Part shown: piece after piece, positions 32,652 to 42,569 of the stretch
How positions within the stretch are numbered: position 1 is the first letter of the stretch
Layout of the letters: each line of letters opens with the position of its first letter
Assembly: GCA_963727485.1 (NCBI GenBank)
Contig: CAVSGM010000003.1
Coordinates: forward strand, 1-64,000
From: an uncultured delta proteobacterium
GTDB taxonomy: Bacteria; Myxococcota; Myxococcia; SLRQ01
Reading direction: 5' to 3'
DNA length: 64,000 nucleotides
Made by a program: the position numbers and the translations under genes
Notes under the pieces: model-generated
Seen by the model: the letters and a program-made list of their open reading frames with translations, nothing else
Told to the model about the DNA's origin: nothing
Database searches by the model: none

Positions 32652-33842
32652 TCAGGGCGCCGTGAGGGTGAACGCCCCGGCGCTGCCGGTGAACGGCCCG
32701 CCGAAGAGCACCTGGAGCCCGGCGTAGGCCGGCGGGCAGCAGGTCCCCTTGGTGACCACCGCCACGTCGGCGAATCCGTCGGCGTCGAGGTCGGCCCCGG
32801 CGATGCCCACCGGCTGGGGCCCCACCGTCTGGGTGGGCGCCTCCACGTAGCTCAAGGCCCCGGCGCTCACGAAGGTGCGCAGGAGCCCGCTCTGGTTGCC
32901 CACCAGGATGTCGGGCTGCCCGTCTCCGTCCACGTCGGCGACCGCCAGGCCCTCGGGGACCAGGGCGTCGACGGGGTGCAGCCGCAGGGGATCGAAGCCG
33001 GTGGCGGTGCGCAGGTAGACCCCGATGAAGCCCTTGCCCGCGACCACCGCGTCGTCGAGCCCGTCGCCGTTGAGGTCCGCGGCGACCAGCGCCGTGATCA
33101 CCTTCCCCGAAGGTGGCGCCGGTGCCGCCTGGTCGAGGAAGGTCCCCGCCGGCTGGCCCAACAGCGCCACCAGCTCCGGCCCGTTCGCCCCCTGGCGCAT
33201 CCCCAGGAGGTCGTCGGTCTTCCCGGCGTCGAGGTGGGCCACCACCGGCACCGGCGGCACCAGCAGGTGGGGCGGCGGCGGGTCCTGGCGCACCGCGAAG
33301 CCGGGGCCGGGCCAGAGGTCGGAGTTGGTGCCGCCCACCACGTAGAGGTCGGGGTGCCCGTCGCCGGTGAAGTCGCCGACCACCAGCGCCGAGCACCCGG
33401 TGCAGGGCGCCACCCGGCCGCCGGTGGCCGGCACCGCGAACTGCCCGCCCCCCTGGTTCGCCAGGATCGCCACCCCCTTGGAGAGCAGGGTCACGATGTC
33501 GGGCTTCCCGTCGCCGGTGACGTCGGCGACCTGGGCGTCGAGGACGTGCTCGGTGGTCACCAGCTGGAGCGCCACCTCCGGGGCCAGGTGGCCGTCGCCG
33601 GTGTTCCAGTGGATGGAGATGGCGTCCCCGGCGTCGTTGGCGGTGAGAATGTCCGGCTTGCCGTTGCCGTCGAGGTCGGCGACGCGCACCGCCTGGGGGA
33701 TCTTGGAGAGGTAGTAGCGCGAGAGGTGCCGGTCGTAGAGCTTGGGCCCCCCGGGGCAGCCGGCGGCGAGGGTGAGGCCCGCCAGCGCCAGGAGGGTCGC
33801 CGCGCGTCGCGCGCCGCGCCCGTGCGTGCATCCAGATGCCAT
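32652..33842 (-). CDS. FG-GAP/VCBS repeat lipoprotein
   Basis: Lipobox LAAGC; repeats ADLDGNGKPDI, ADVTGDGKPDI, GDFTGDGHPDL, ADLNGDGLDD, ADVDGDGQPDI. Start uncertain. Confidence 0.85.
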   Translation of the reverse strand: MASGCTHGRGARRAATLLALAGLTLAAGCPGGPKLYDRHLSRYYLSKIPQAVRVADLDGNGKPDILTANDAGDAISIHWNTGDGHLAPEVALQLVTTEHVLDAQVADVTGDGKPDIVTLLSKGVAILANQGGGQFAVPATGGRVAPCTGCSALVVGDFTGDGHPDLYVVGGTNSDLWPGPGFAVRQDPPPPHLLVPPVPVVAHLDAGKTDDLLGMRQGANGPELVALLGQPAGTFLDQAAPAPPSGKVITALVAADLNGDGLDDAVVAGKGFIGVYLRTATGFDPLRLHPVDALVPEGLAVADVDGDGQPDILVGNQSGLLRTFVSAGALSYVEAPTQTVGPQPVGIAGADLDADGFADVAVVTKGTCCPPAYAGLQVLFGGPFTGSAGAFTLTAP

Positions 33843-33873
33843 CGGATCCATCCTAGGACATCGAGGTCCCCCC

Positions 33874-34383
33874 ATGCTCGAACCCTTCGGCGAATTCTCC
33901 CCCGAGATCCACCCCGACGCCTGGGTCCACGATCGCGCCACCGTCATCGGCCGGGTCCGCCTCGGCGCCCGCTCCACCGTCTGGCCCGGGGTGACCCTGC
34001 GCGGCGACGACGGCCCGATCACCATCGGCGCCGACACCTCGATCCAGGACAACACCGTCGCCCACATCACCGGCGGCAGGTCCGAGACCGTCATCGGCGA
34101 CCGGGTCACCGTCGGCCACTCGGTGATCCTCCACGGCTGCCAGGTCGCCGACGACGTCCTGGTGGGCATGGGCGCCATCCTCCTCGACAACTGCAAGGTC
34201 GGCCCGTTCACGGTCATCGGCGCCGGGTCGCTCCTGCCGCTGGGGCGCGAGTACCCCGGCGGGGTGCTCCTCCTCGGCCGCCCGGCCCGGGTGGTCCGCG
34301 AGCTCACCGACGAGGACCGCTCCCTCATCACGAACGGGGTGGAGGCGTACGCGCGCCTGCGCCGGATCTACTCGGGGCGCTGA
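33874..34383 (+). CDS. Gamma-class carbonic anhydrase family (hexapeptide-repeat) protein
   Basis: LRGD, SIQDNTVAH, TVGHSVILHGC, VGMGAILLD. Confidence 0.9.
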   Translation: MLEPFGEFSPEIHPDAWVHDRATVIGRVRLGARSTVWPGVTLRGDDGPITIGADTSIQDNTVAHITGGRSETVIGDRVTVGHSVILHGCQVADDVLVGMGAILLDNCKVGPFTVIGAGSLLPLGREYPGGVLLLGRPARVVRELTDEDRSLITNGVEAYARLRRIYSGR

Positions 34384-36235
34384 CCGCCGCCGCGCCCTCG
34401 AGGTGGAGGCCGGCGTCGAGGAGCGCGCGCTCTGCCTGCCCCGCCCGGGTCTGGTAGCCGGGGGCGGCCAGCCAGGCCTTGAGCCTGGGGCTCACCGGGA
34501 AGGCGTAGTCCGCCGGCTCCCAGGGCAGGCGGGTCCCGTCGCCGAGGGCGAGGCGCCCGTCCTCCACCAGCTGCGTCGCCTCCGGGAGCGGCCGGCCGCT
34601 GACCACCCGGCGGATGGCCTCGAAGCGCCCGGCGGCCTCGGGGTCGAGGAAGTGGAAGTGCCGGGCCCCCACCAGGGCGTTGTGGTAGTGCGCCGGGCGG
34701 TGGAGGATGCCGTCGAGGCCCAGGCGGTAGCAGATCTGCACCAGGGCCTCGAGGATCTCCCCGGACAGCCCCAGGCCCGGGTGGCTCTGCCCGGGGAGGC
34801 GCGGCCGGGCGGGGCTGAACTCGGCGGTGGGGTCCTGGAGCATCAGCCACTCCACCCACAGGACCTCCAGGGGCCCCGGGGGCTCGAGGGGCCCGGGCGC
34901 CGGGAGCTCGGTGCGCCTGGCCACGACCTCGGCGAGGAGGTGGTAGGTGTGCGCCGGATCCCGGCGCTTGCGCCCGTGGATGCGCACCACCTGGCGCCAC
35001 CGGTCCTCGAGCTCGCCTGTGACCCGCAGGTCCCGGAAGCCCAGGTCCCGGAGGCGGTCGAGGATCCCGTAGCGCTCCAGGGCGTACTCGATGCCCTGGA
35101 CGGTGTAGTAGCCGAGGAAGCGCCGCGCCGGCGGGTGGGCCCCGAGGTCGAGGAGGAGATCCTCGGCGGTGAGCTCGAGCTCGCCGGGCTGCTCCTTCTG
35201 GAGCTCGAAGGGATCGAGGGCCCGGGCCACCCGGCGGTAGAGGTGGCGCAGGTCGAAGCGCGGAGCCTTGCGCGCCGCCCGGGCCTCACCGGAGAGCGCG
35301 TAGCGCACCAGGTTCACCGAGCACTCCCAGGCCGGCCGGGAGTAGCCCCCGGCGAGGGTCACCACCGTCCTGGCGCCGACCTCGCGGATCCACTTGAGGG
35401 TCAGGCGGTCGCGCTCGAGGACGCCTGCGGGGGTGAGCTTCAGGTCCCCGAGGCGGTCGCCGGCGAGGACGTCGTTGCCGGCGAGGAAGAAGACGAGGGC
35501 CGGCTTGTGGGCCGCCAGCGCCTTCGGCAGCGTCTCCCGGAGCTGCGCCAGGTAGGCCGCGTCGCCGCTCCCGGTGGGCACCAGGACCCCCACGTCGGCG
35601 ACGGCGTCCACCTCGGTCCACACCGAGGCGTGCAGCGAGTAGGTGAGCACCGTGGGGTCGTTGGCGAAGAACACCAGGTTGCCGTTGCCCTGGTGGTAGT
35701 CGAGGTCGACGATGGCGATGCGGTCGGCGAAGCCCTTGTGGCGCAGCACCGCGATGGCCGCGGCCACGTCGTTGTAGATGCAGAAGCCCCCGCCCCGGTC
35801 GGGCTCGGCGTGGTGGAAGCCGCCGCCGAGGTTCACCGCGGTCTCCAGGAGGCCATGGCCGCAGGCGAGCGCCGCGCCGATGGTGCCCCCCACCGCGCGC
35901 CGGGCCGCGGTGAGCAGCGGGTCCACCGCCACCACCGCCGGGTCGAGGCCGAAGATGCGCCCCAGGGTCTCGGCGCGGGTCACCGACTCCAGGTAGGCGG
36001 GGGGGTGGACCCGGGCCAGGGTGTGGAGCGAGACCGGGTGGGGCGCCCGGACGTCGCCGGCGCGGATGAGGCGCTCGGTGACCAGCTGCCCGAGGATGAG
36101 CTCGCCGCGGTAGGGGACGATGCCGGGGATGCGTCCGTCGGGGCCGAGGTCCGGGGCGTACTCGGAGTGGTACCAGAGGCCCACCTCGCGGGTGAGGCGG
36201 AGGCGGGCCCGGAGGCGTGCCAGGGTCGCGAGCAC
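34328..36235 (-). CDS. Zn-dependent histone deacetylase family protein with extra C-terminal domain
   Basis: GGGFHHA, GFCIYND, DLDYHQGNG, GNDVLAGDRLG, AGGY; followed by roughly 300 aa containing VEWLMLQDP...RLPGQSHPGLGL. Confidence 0.88.
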   Translation of the reverse strand: MLATLARLRARLRLTREVGLWYHSEYAPDLGPDGRIPGIVPYRGELILGQLVTERLIRAGDVRAPHPVSLHTLARVHPPAYLESVTRAETLGRIFGLDPAVVAVDPLLTAARRAVGGTIGAALACGHGLLETAVNLGGGFHHAEPDRGGGFCIYNDVAAAIAVLRHKGFADRIAIVDLDYHQGNGNLVFFANDPTVLTYSLHASVWTEVDAVADVGVLVPTGSGDAAYLAQLRETLPKALAAHKPALVFFLAGNDVLAGDRLGDLKLTPAGVLERDRLTLKWIREVGARTVVTLAGGYSRPAWECSVNLVRYALSGEARAARKAPRFDLRHLYRRVARALDPFELQKEQPGELELTAEDLLLDLGAHPPARRFLGYYTVQGIEYALERYGILDRLRDLGFRDLRVTGELEDRWRQVVRIHGRKRRDPAHTYHLLAEVVARRTELPAPGPLEPPGPLEVLWVEWLMLQDPTAEFSPARPRLPGQSHPGLGLSGEILEALVQICYRLGLDGILHRPAHYHNALVGARHFHFLDPEAAGRFEAIRRVVSGRPLPEATQLVEDGRLALGDGTRLPWEPADYAFPVSPRLKAWLAAPGYQTRAGQAERALLDAGLHLEGAAAVSAPSRSGAGARTPPPRS

Positions 36236-36237
36236 GG

Positions 36238-37347
36238 TCAGACCCCCACGTCGCCGCCCCGGCGCTCGGGGGCGAGGCCCAGGGACTTCAGGAAGGCCTC
36301 GGGATCGCCGGCGACCTCCGCCGGGGTGCGGGCGCCGGGGGCCGGAGGGCGCTCGAGGAGGCGGCGGGCCCCGGCGACGAGGATCTCCCCGGTGAGGCCG
36401 TAGGGGTCGGTGAGGGGCACGGAGACGGTGACCGCGGCGCGGGCGCCGGCCTCGGTGCCGTGGGCGATGGCGAGGACCCGGCCCCGGGAGGCCTGGCGAC
36501 GGCCGGCCCCGGGGCCCCGGGGGAGCCGGTCGGAGGCGAAGCGCGCGAGGCGGCCGAGGGGGCCCCGGGCGAGGGCCGGGAGCGCGGGCCCGACAGGCGA
36601 GAGGACCCGGGCGGCGGCCCGGGGGACCTGGAGCCAGGTGCGCACCTCGGCCACGTCGAGGTGCCGGGGGACGGTGAGGACCTCGCCCGAGGGGAAGCTC
36701 GCCACGGTGGCCTCGCCGCCGCCGGGGAGGCTCACCGTTCGCACCTGCGCGGCCGGGGGCTCGGCGGTCCGGGCGCCGCGGAGGTGCTGCCACCCGCCCC
36801 GGGCGACGGCGGTGAGGGCGCTGGCCCGGGTGCCCCGGCTGGTGCCGAAGCCGTGGAGGGCGTAGACGACGCTCACCTCGTCCACGGTGTCGAGGGCGGC
36901 GGCGGCCATCGCCGCGGCGCAGTCGGCCACCGCCACCTCGAAGGCCATCGCCGGGCAGGCGACGATCCCGGCGTCCTTCGCCCGGGCGTCGTAGTCGTCG
37001 TAGACCCGCGCCATCCACGGCTGCTCGCCGGTGGAGTCGAGGTAGTGGACCCCGGCGTCGAGGCAGGCCTCGAGGACCGGGGGCCCCAGCTCGGTGAAGG
37101 GGCCCACGGTGGAGCAGCACACCCGGGCGCCCTCGACCAGGGCCGCGAGGCTCGCCCGGTCGCCGACGTCGGCGACCCGGAGCGCCGGGGGCGTGGGGAA
37201 GGTCCGGGCCACCGCCTCGAGGCCCGCGCGGTCGCGGCCCCCGAGGACGACCTCGAGGCCGGCGCGGGCGGCGGCGGCGGCCAGGAGGCGGCCGGTGTAG
37301 CCGGTGGCGCCGAAGAGCACCACCGGGCCGGTGGGCCGAGCGTCCAT
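36238..37347 (-). CDS. Saccharopine dehydrogenase-like NADP-binding oxidoreductase
   Basis: VLFGATGYTG, TVGPF, HYLDSTGE, SRGT, DPYGLTG. Confidence 0.85.
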   Translation of the reverse strand: MDARPTGPVVLFGATGYTGRLLAAAAARAGLEVVLGGRDRAGLEAVARTFPTPPALRVADVGDRASLAALVEGARVCCSTVGPFTELGPPVLEACLDAGVHYLDSTGEQPWMARVYDDYDARAKDAGIVACPAMAFEVAVADCAAAMAAAALDTVDEVSVVYALHGFGTSRGTRASALTAVARGGWQHLRGARTAEPPAAQVRTVSLPGGGEATVASFPSGEVLTVPRHLDVAEVRTWLQVPRAAARVLSPVGPALPALARGPLGRLARFASDRLPRGPGAGRRQASRGRVLAIAHGTEAGARAAVTVSVPLTDPYGLTGEILVAGARRLLERPPAPGARTPAEVAGDPEAFLKSLGLAPERRGGDVGV

Positions 37348-37393
37348 GGGGCGACCATAGTCGCCCGGTCGCCGGTGGGCTACATTGCCCGCC

Positions 37394-37873
37394 ATGGCCG
37401 GCCTCGACACCCTGGCGCCCACCGAGCAGCGGACCTTCTCGGTGGAGGAGGTCGGGGAGGTGATCCGCACCGCCAGCGCGCTGACCACCGCGGGCGCCAG
37501 CGGCCTGGCGCCGGCGGTCCGCGAGCGCCTGGGCTTCGCCGAGCTGCTGGAGGTGGCCCGGGAGCTGGGGATCCCCGAGGCGATGCTGCGCCAGGCGATC
37601 CCCGAGGCCGAGGCGAGGCGCCGGCGGGCGGTGAAGCGGACCAAGCGGAAGATGCGCTTCTACCGCCACCTCATCACCTGGACGCTGGTGTGCGGGGGGC
37701 TCGGCGCCCTCAACTTCCTGACCCACGGGCCGCCCTGGTCGGGAGTCGTGGCCCTGCTCTGGGGCATCCCCCTGGCGATGCATGGCTTCCGCACCTTCGT
37801 CACCGGCAAGGACGGCCGGCTCCACCAGGCGGTCTACCGCCGGGAGCTCGAGGCCGAGCGCCGGGGCGAGTGA
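37394..37873 (+). CDS. 2TM domain-containing membrane protein
   Basis: FYRHLITW...LNFLT...PWS...LLWGIPLAMH pattern after a helical N-terminus. Confidence 0.7.
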   Translation: MAGLDTLAPTEQRTFSVEEVGEVIRTASALTTAGASGLAPAVRERLGFAELLEVARELGIPEAMLRQAIPEAEARRRRAVKRTKRKMRFYRHLITWTLVCGGLGALNFLTHGPPWSGVVALLWGIPLAMHGFRTFVTGKDGRLHQAVYRRELEAERRGE

Positions 37874-37943
37874 CCCGGCGGGCGGGGGGCACGGTCCCAC
37901 GGGGGTTGGCCCGCCTCGGACCGGTGGCTAGGGTGGCCCCGTC

Positions 37944-39029
37944 ATGACCCTGCACCCTCGCGTCCCCCTCGCCCTCCTCGTCGCCCTCGCCGGCGGCCTC
38001 CTCGCTCCCGGCGCCGCCCGCGCCGACGTGCCCCTGAAGACGGTGGCGATCCTGGAGCGCGCTCCCGGGCAGCTCGCGGTCACCAAGACCGGCCAGGTGC
38101 TGGTGGCCCCGCACCCCTACTACGACCCGGACCTCAAGCTCGCCCGGGTGGTGCGCGGGGCGCTGGTCGCCTGGCCCAACCCGGTGCTGGGCCACGGCGC
38201 CGGGAAGGGCGACCTCCACCTCACGGCGGTCACCGGGCTCACGGTCGACACCGACGGGGTGGTGTGGATCCTCGACGCCGGGGGCAGCGGGGCGCCGCCG
38301 AAGGTCCTCGGCTGGGACCCGGCGCACAAGAAGCTGGTGAAGGTGGTCCACCTCTCGGCCCCGGCGACGGCGAGCGACTCCCGGCCGGTGGGCCTCGCCG
38401 CCGACGCCGCCCACCACGCCCTCTACATCGGGGATCCGGCCGGGGGCGACGATGCGGCGCTGATCGTGGTGGACCTGGAGACCGGGGCGGCGACCCGGGT
38501 GCTCGAGGGCGACCCCAGCGTGCGCCCGGCGCACCTGCGCCTGTTGGTCGACGGCCACCCGCTCCTCCACCGGGAGGCCGACGGGCGGGTGACCCGGCCG
38601 CTCATCGGGGTCGAGGCGCTGGCCCTGGATCCGGCGCACACCTGGCTCTACTACGCGCCGCTCACCGGCAAGCACCTGTTCCGGGTGAAGACCTCGGACC
38701 TCCGGGCCGGGGGCAAGGGGCTGTCGGCCAAGGTCCAGACCTACGCGGTCAAGCCGCCGTGCCAGGCGATCGCGGTGGACGCCAAGGGCAACGTCTACGT
38801 GGGCGACGTCACCCGCGACGCGGTGGGCTACCTCGACGCCGACCGGCACTGGCACGAGCTCGCCTACGACCGGCGCCTCTCGTGGCCCGGGGCGATGGCG
38901 CTGGGGCCCAAGGGCGAGACGCTCTACGTGGGCGGCACCCAGCTCCAGCGCTCGGCGCACTACCACGCCGGGCAGGCGGCGCCCATGCGGCCCTTCTACC
39001 TCTTCTCGCTCACGGTCCCAGGGAAGTAG
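37944..39029 (+). CDS. Secreted major royal jelly/yellow-like (SMP-30-type) beta-propeller protein
   Basis: Signal peptide ending ARA; VWILDAG, LYIGDP, ALIVVDL, WLYYAPL, RLSWP. Confidence 0.75.
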   Translation: MTLHPRVPLALLVALAGGLLAPGAARADVPLKTVAILERAPGQLAVTKTGQVLVAPHPYYDPDLKLARVVRGALVAWPNPVLGHGAGKGDLHLTAVTGLTVDTDGVVWILDAGGSGAPPKVLGWDPAHKKLVKVVHLSAPATASDSRPVGLAADAAHHALYIGDPAGGDDAALIVVDLETGAATRVLEGDPSVRPAHLRLLVDGHPLLHREADGRVTRPLIGVEALALDPAHTWLYYAPLTGKHLFRVKTSDLRAGGKGLSAKVQTYAVKPPCQAIAVDAKGNVYVGDVTRDAVGYLDADRHWHELAYDRRLSWPGAMALGPKGETLYVGGTQLQRSAHYHAGQAAPMRPFYLFSLTVPGK

Positions 39030-39103
39030 GCGAGGGGATCCCGCCCCCTTTGCCCGGGCGCCGGCGTTGCCCATGTTCCAGGTGACGCCACAAGGAGCCT
39101 GCC

Positions 39104-39496
39104 ATGATCCGCAGCATCGAGGAGAAGGCCCGGGCCGAGCTCTTCCGCCGTCGCGCGGAGCTGCTCAATCTCCGGGGGGAGCTCGCCGAGGCCGAGTCCG
39201 AGACCGGGAACGGGACCGGGGTGACCACCGGGGAGCTCGGCGGTGACTTCACCGACCAGGCGAGCCGGGCGGAGCTCGCCGAGCGCCTCGAGCGCCTCGA
39301 CGAGTCGGAGCTCCGGGAGCTCCAGGCGATCCAGGACGCCATCGCGCGCCTCGACGCCGGCGACTACGGCGTCTGCGAGGCCTGCGGCGGGCCCATCAAT
39401 CCCGAGCGCCTCCTGGCGATCCCCGAGACGCGCATCTGCATCGCCTGCGCCCAGCTCGAGGAGGACCGGGCGCGGCCGCTTCGCCGGCGGCCGTGA
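39104..39496 (+). CDS. TraR/DksA C4-type zinc finger protein
   Basis: DFTDQA acidic tip; YGVCEACG...ERLLAIPETRICIAC. Confidence 0.9.
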   Translation: MIRSIEEKARAELFRRRAELLNLRGELAEAESETGNGTGVTTGELGGDFTDQASRAELAERLERLDESELRELQAIQDAIARLDAGDYGVCEACGGPINPERLLAIPETRICIACAQLEEDRARPLRRRP

Positions 39497-39529
39497 GGCG
39501 CGGCGGCGTGCGCTGAAGGGACCCGCAGG

Positions 39530-39766
39530 TCAGGGGGTCTTGGGGACGTCCTTGTCCTGGGGCGCGCCCTTGCCGGTGTCCGGCGCGGTGGTCTTGGCGG
39601 CCTCGCCGGGCTGGGTGCCCTCCTTGCTCGTGGCCCCCAGCGCCTTCTCCCACTTGCCCTTGGTGGTCTGATCGTGGGGCTTGGTCGGCGGCTGGTTGTT
39701 GGGGCAGCCAGTGAGGGCGAGGGCCCCGAAGAGGGCCGAGGCGATGGCGAGGGTCCGGATGCGCAT
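39530..39766 (-). CDS. Small hypothetical lipoprotein
   Basis: Signal with lipobox LTGC; low-complexity mature part. Confidence 0.7.
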   Translation of the reverse strand: MRIRTLAIASALFGALALTGCPNNQPPTKPHDQTTKGKWEKALGATSKEGTQPGEAAKTTAPDTGKGAPQDKDVPKTP

Positions 39767-39777
39767 GACCGAACTTG

Positions 39778-41247
39778 CTACACCGGCGCCGCGCCGGATT
39801 CAAGACCGGCGTCGGCCCCCGGGCCCCCGGCGGAGCCCTCGACCCCGCCTCGGGCGAGCTCGGCGACGAGACGGGCGGTGCGCACGGCGTCGGCGGTGCA
39901 GTCGTTGAGGCCGATGCCCCGCAGGGCGTTGCCGGTGACGAAGAGGCCCGGGTGGCGGCTCTCGGCGGCCTCGACCCGGCGGACCCGGGTCCCGTGGCCC
40001 ACGACGTACTGGGGGATCGCCTTCTCCCACCGGAAGATCCGGAGGAACTCGGGCTCGTCCCAGGTGATGCCCATGGTGGCCTGGTGCTCGGCGCGGACCT
40101 TGGCGACGAGCTGGTCGTCGGGGAGGGCGGCGAGATCCGGGCGCCGGGCGCCGCCGACCATGGTCCGGAGGAGCACGTGGCCCTCGGGGGCGCGGTGGCC
40201 CGGGTAGATCGACGAGCTCCACAGGACGCCCAGGACGTCGCGCCCCTCGCCCGAGGGGACGAGGAAGCCGAAGCCGTGGAGGGGGTGGTCGAGGCGCTCG
40301 CGCTTGAAGCCGGTGGCGACCACCGACACGGCGGCGTAGGGGATCTCGCCGAGGGCGGCGCCGAGGTCCTCGTCGAGGGGGGCGAGGAACCGGCGGGCGG
40401 CGTGGGCCGGGGCCGAGGAGACCACCGCGTCGCAGTCGAGGGTCTCGCCGCTGTCGAGGCGCACCTGGAAGCCGCCGCCCGGGCGCTCGTGGACGCTCTT
40501 GACCGGGGCGCCGGTGCGCACCTCGCCGTCGATCGCCTCGGCGATGCCGGCGATGAGCTGGCCCATGCCCTTGTCCATGGAGTGGAGGCTCCCGCCCGGG
40601 CCCGCGGGGCCGCCGGCGGCCTTCTTGGTGTCGCCGCGCTTCTTCTTCTCCCGGGCCTTGGCGAACATCCCCCGGAACAGCCCCCCGTGCTCCATCTCCA
40701 GGGCCTTGATGCTGGGGAAGGCGCTGGTCACCGAGAGGCGCTCCACGTCGCCGGCGTGGACCCCGGAGACGAAGGGGTCGAGCATCCGTTGGACCATCTT
40801 GGGCCCGAGGCGCCGGCGCCCGAAGTCGGCCAGGGACTCGTCGGCGGGCCCCTTGCCCTTGAAGGGCTCGAGGAGGACCCGGAGCTTGGCGCCGAAGGGC
40901 AAGAGCGGGGTGGTGAGGAACGCCGGCGGCGAGCTCGGCAGCGCCACCAGCTTCCCGTCCACGAAGAGGTAACGGATCTTGGCGGCGTCGTCGGCGCGGA
41001 TCATCTTGCCTTCGAGGCCGAGGTCACGGACCAGGTCCACGGTGGCGGGCTTGGAGTCGAGGAAGCCGTTGGGGCCGCCCTCGGCGACCCAGCCGTCGTC
41101 GCCCGCCGAGCCCACGGTGCCGCCGAGGCTCGGGCCCGCCTCGAGGACGGTGAGCTCCGCGGGCTCGCCCTCGGCGGCGAGGGCGCCCTGGATGCGATAG
41201 GCGGTGGACAGGCCGGAGATCCCGGCTCCGATGACGACGACGCGCAT
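39778..41247 (-). CDS. hemG: FAD-dependent protoporphyrinogen oxidase (HemY type)
   Basis: VIGAGISGL, EGGPNGF, PFVSGVHAGD, GFGFLVP, AIPQYVVGH, GIGLNDC; downstream of hemE. Confidence 0.92.
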   Translation of the reverse strand: MRVVVIGAGISGLSTAYRIQGALAAEGEPAELTVLEAGPSLGGTVGSAGDDGWVAEGGPNGFLDSKPATVDLVRDLGLEGKMIRADDAAKIRYLFVDGKLVALPSSPPAFLTTPLLPFGAKLRVLLEPFKGKGPADESLADFGRRRLGPKMVQRMLDPFVSGVHAGDVERLSVTSAFPSIKALEMEHGGLFRGMFAKAREKKKRGDTKKAAGGPAGPGGSLHSMDKGMGQLIAGIAEAIDGEVRTGAPVKSVHERPGGGFQVRLDSGETLDCDAVVSSAPAHAARRFLAPLDEDLGAALGEIPYAAVSVVATGFKRERLDHPLHGFGFLVPSGEGRDVLGVLWSSSIYPGHRAPEGHVLLRTMVGGARRPDLAALPDDQLVAKVRAEHQATMGITWDEPEFLRIFRWEKAIPQYVVGHGTRVRRVEAAESRHPGLFVTGNALRGIGLNDCTADAVRTARLVAELARGGVEGSAGGPGADAGLESGAAPV

Positions 41248-41375
41248 GGTGCCTCCTTCGGTGCGGGGGCAGCTTCAGCGCCCGATGGGCTGGGGGCCAC
41301 CACCTAGCGCGGGTTTTGCGCCGCTTTGTGCGCGGGGGCCCGCCGGGCCACGAGCGCCCGCCCACTCGTTGCCGC

Positions 41376-42436
41376 CTACCGCCCCTTGCGCCGCGCCCGG
41401 CTCAAGGCGTGCACCGCGTCGACCATCGCCTTGGCGTGGTCGGGCTCGGTCGGCGGCAGGATCCCGTGCCCGAGGTTGAACACGTGCCCGGGGGCGTCGC
41501 CGGCCTCGTCGAGGATCCCCGCACCCGCTTCTCGATCTCCGGGATCGGCGCGAAGAGCGTGCAGGGGTCGAGGTTCCCCTGCACCGCGGCCCGGCCGCCG
41601 ATGCGCCGGCGCGCCTCGCCGAGCGGCACCCGCCAGTCCACCGAGAGCACGTCGGCGCCGCTCTCGAGCATGGGCTCGATGAGCGCCGCCGACTCGCCCA
41701 CGAAGTAGATCACCGGGACGTCGTCGGCGTTGAGCTGGGCGATGACCTTCTGCACGTAGGGCAGGGCGTAGGCCCGGAAGTCGGGGACCGAGAGCGCGCC
41801 GCCCCAGGAGTCGAAGAGCTGCACCGCCTGGGCCCCGGCCTCGATCTGGGCGTTGAGGTAGAGCGCGGTGGTGTCGGCGATCTTGTCGAGGAGCGCCCGG
41901 TAGGTCGCCGGCGACTCGTACATCAGGGTCTTGAGGTGGATGAAGTTGCGGCTGGTGCCGCCCTCGACCATGTAGCTCGCGAGCGTGAAGGGCGCGCCGG
42001 CGAAGCCGATGAGCGGCACCCGGCCCTGGAGGCGGCGGCGGATGAGCCGGACCGCGTCCATCACGAAGCCGGTGGTCTCCACCGGGTCGGGGACGCCGAG
42101 CTTCTCCACGTCGCCGGGGCCGCGGACCGGGGGCTCCAGGGTCGGCGGGCCGCCCTCGAAGGCCAGGGTCTGCCCCATGGCCTCGCAGGGGACGAGGATG
42201 TCCGAGAAGAGGATCGCCGCGTCGACCCCGAGGCGCTCCACCGGCTGGAGGGTGACCTCGGCGGCGAGCTCCGGGGTCTTGCACACCTCGAGGAAGCTCG
42301 CCCGGGCGCGGACGGCCCGGTACTCGGGGAGGAACCGGCCCGCCTGGCGCATCATCCACACCGGGGTGAAGTCGGTGGGCAGGCCGAAGCAGGCGCGGAG
42401 GAAGGCGTGGGAGGGCTCGATGCGGGGCTGTCGCAC
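41376..42436 (-). CDS. hemE: Uroporphyrinogen decarboxylase; frameshift at ~41518
   Basis: PVWMMRQAGR, AAILFSDIL, GFAGAPFTLASY, QLFDSW, QGNLDP; C-terminus GHVFNLGHGI in the adjacent frame. Confidence 0.93.
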
Positions 42437-42569
42437 GGGGCGACCCTAGACGAGCCCGGGCCCCCCGGCAATATCCCCGTGCGGCCGGCGCCCGGGCCCC
42501 GGCTGCCGCCCGCTCGAACCTTGCGCGAGGCGGGAGACGGGCCGACCGTGTCGCAGTAGGCTCTGCGAC

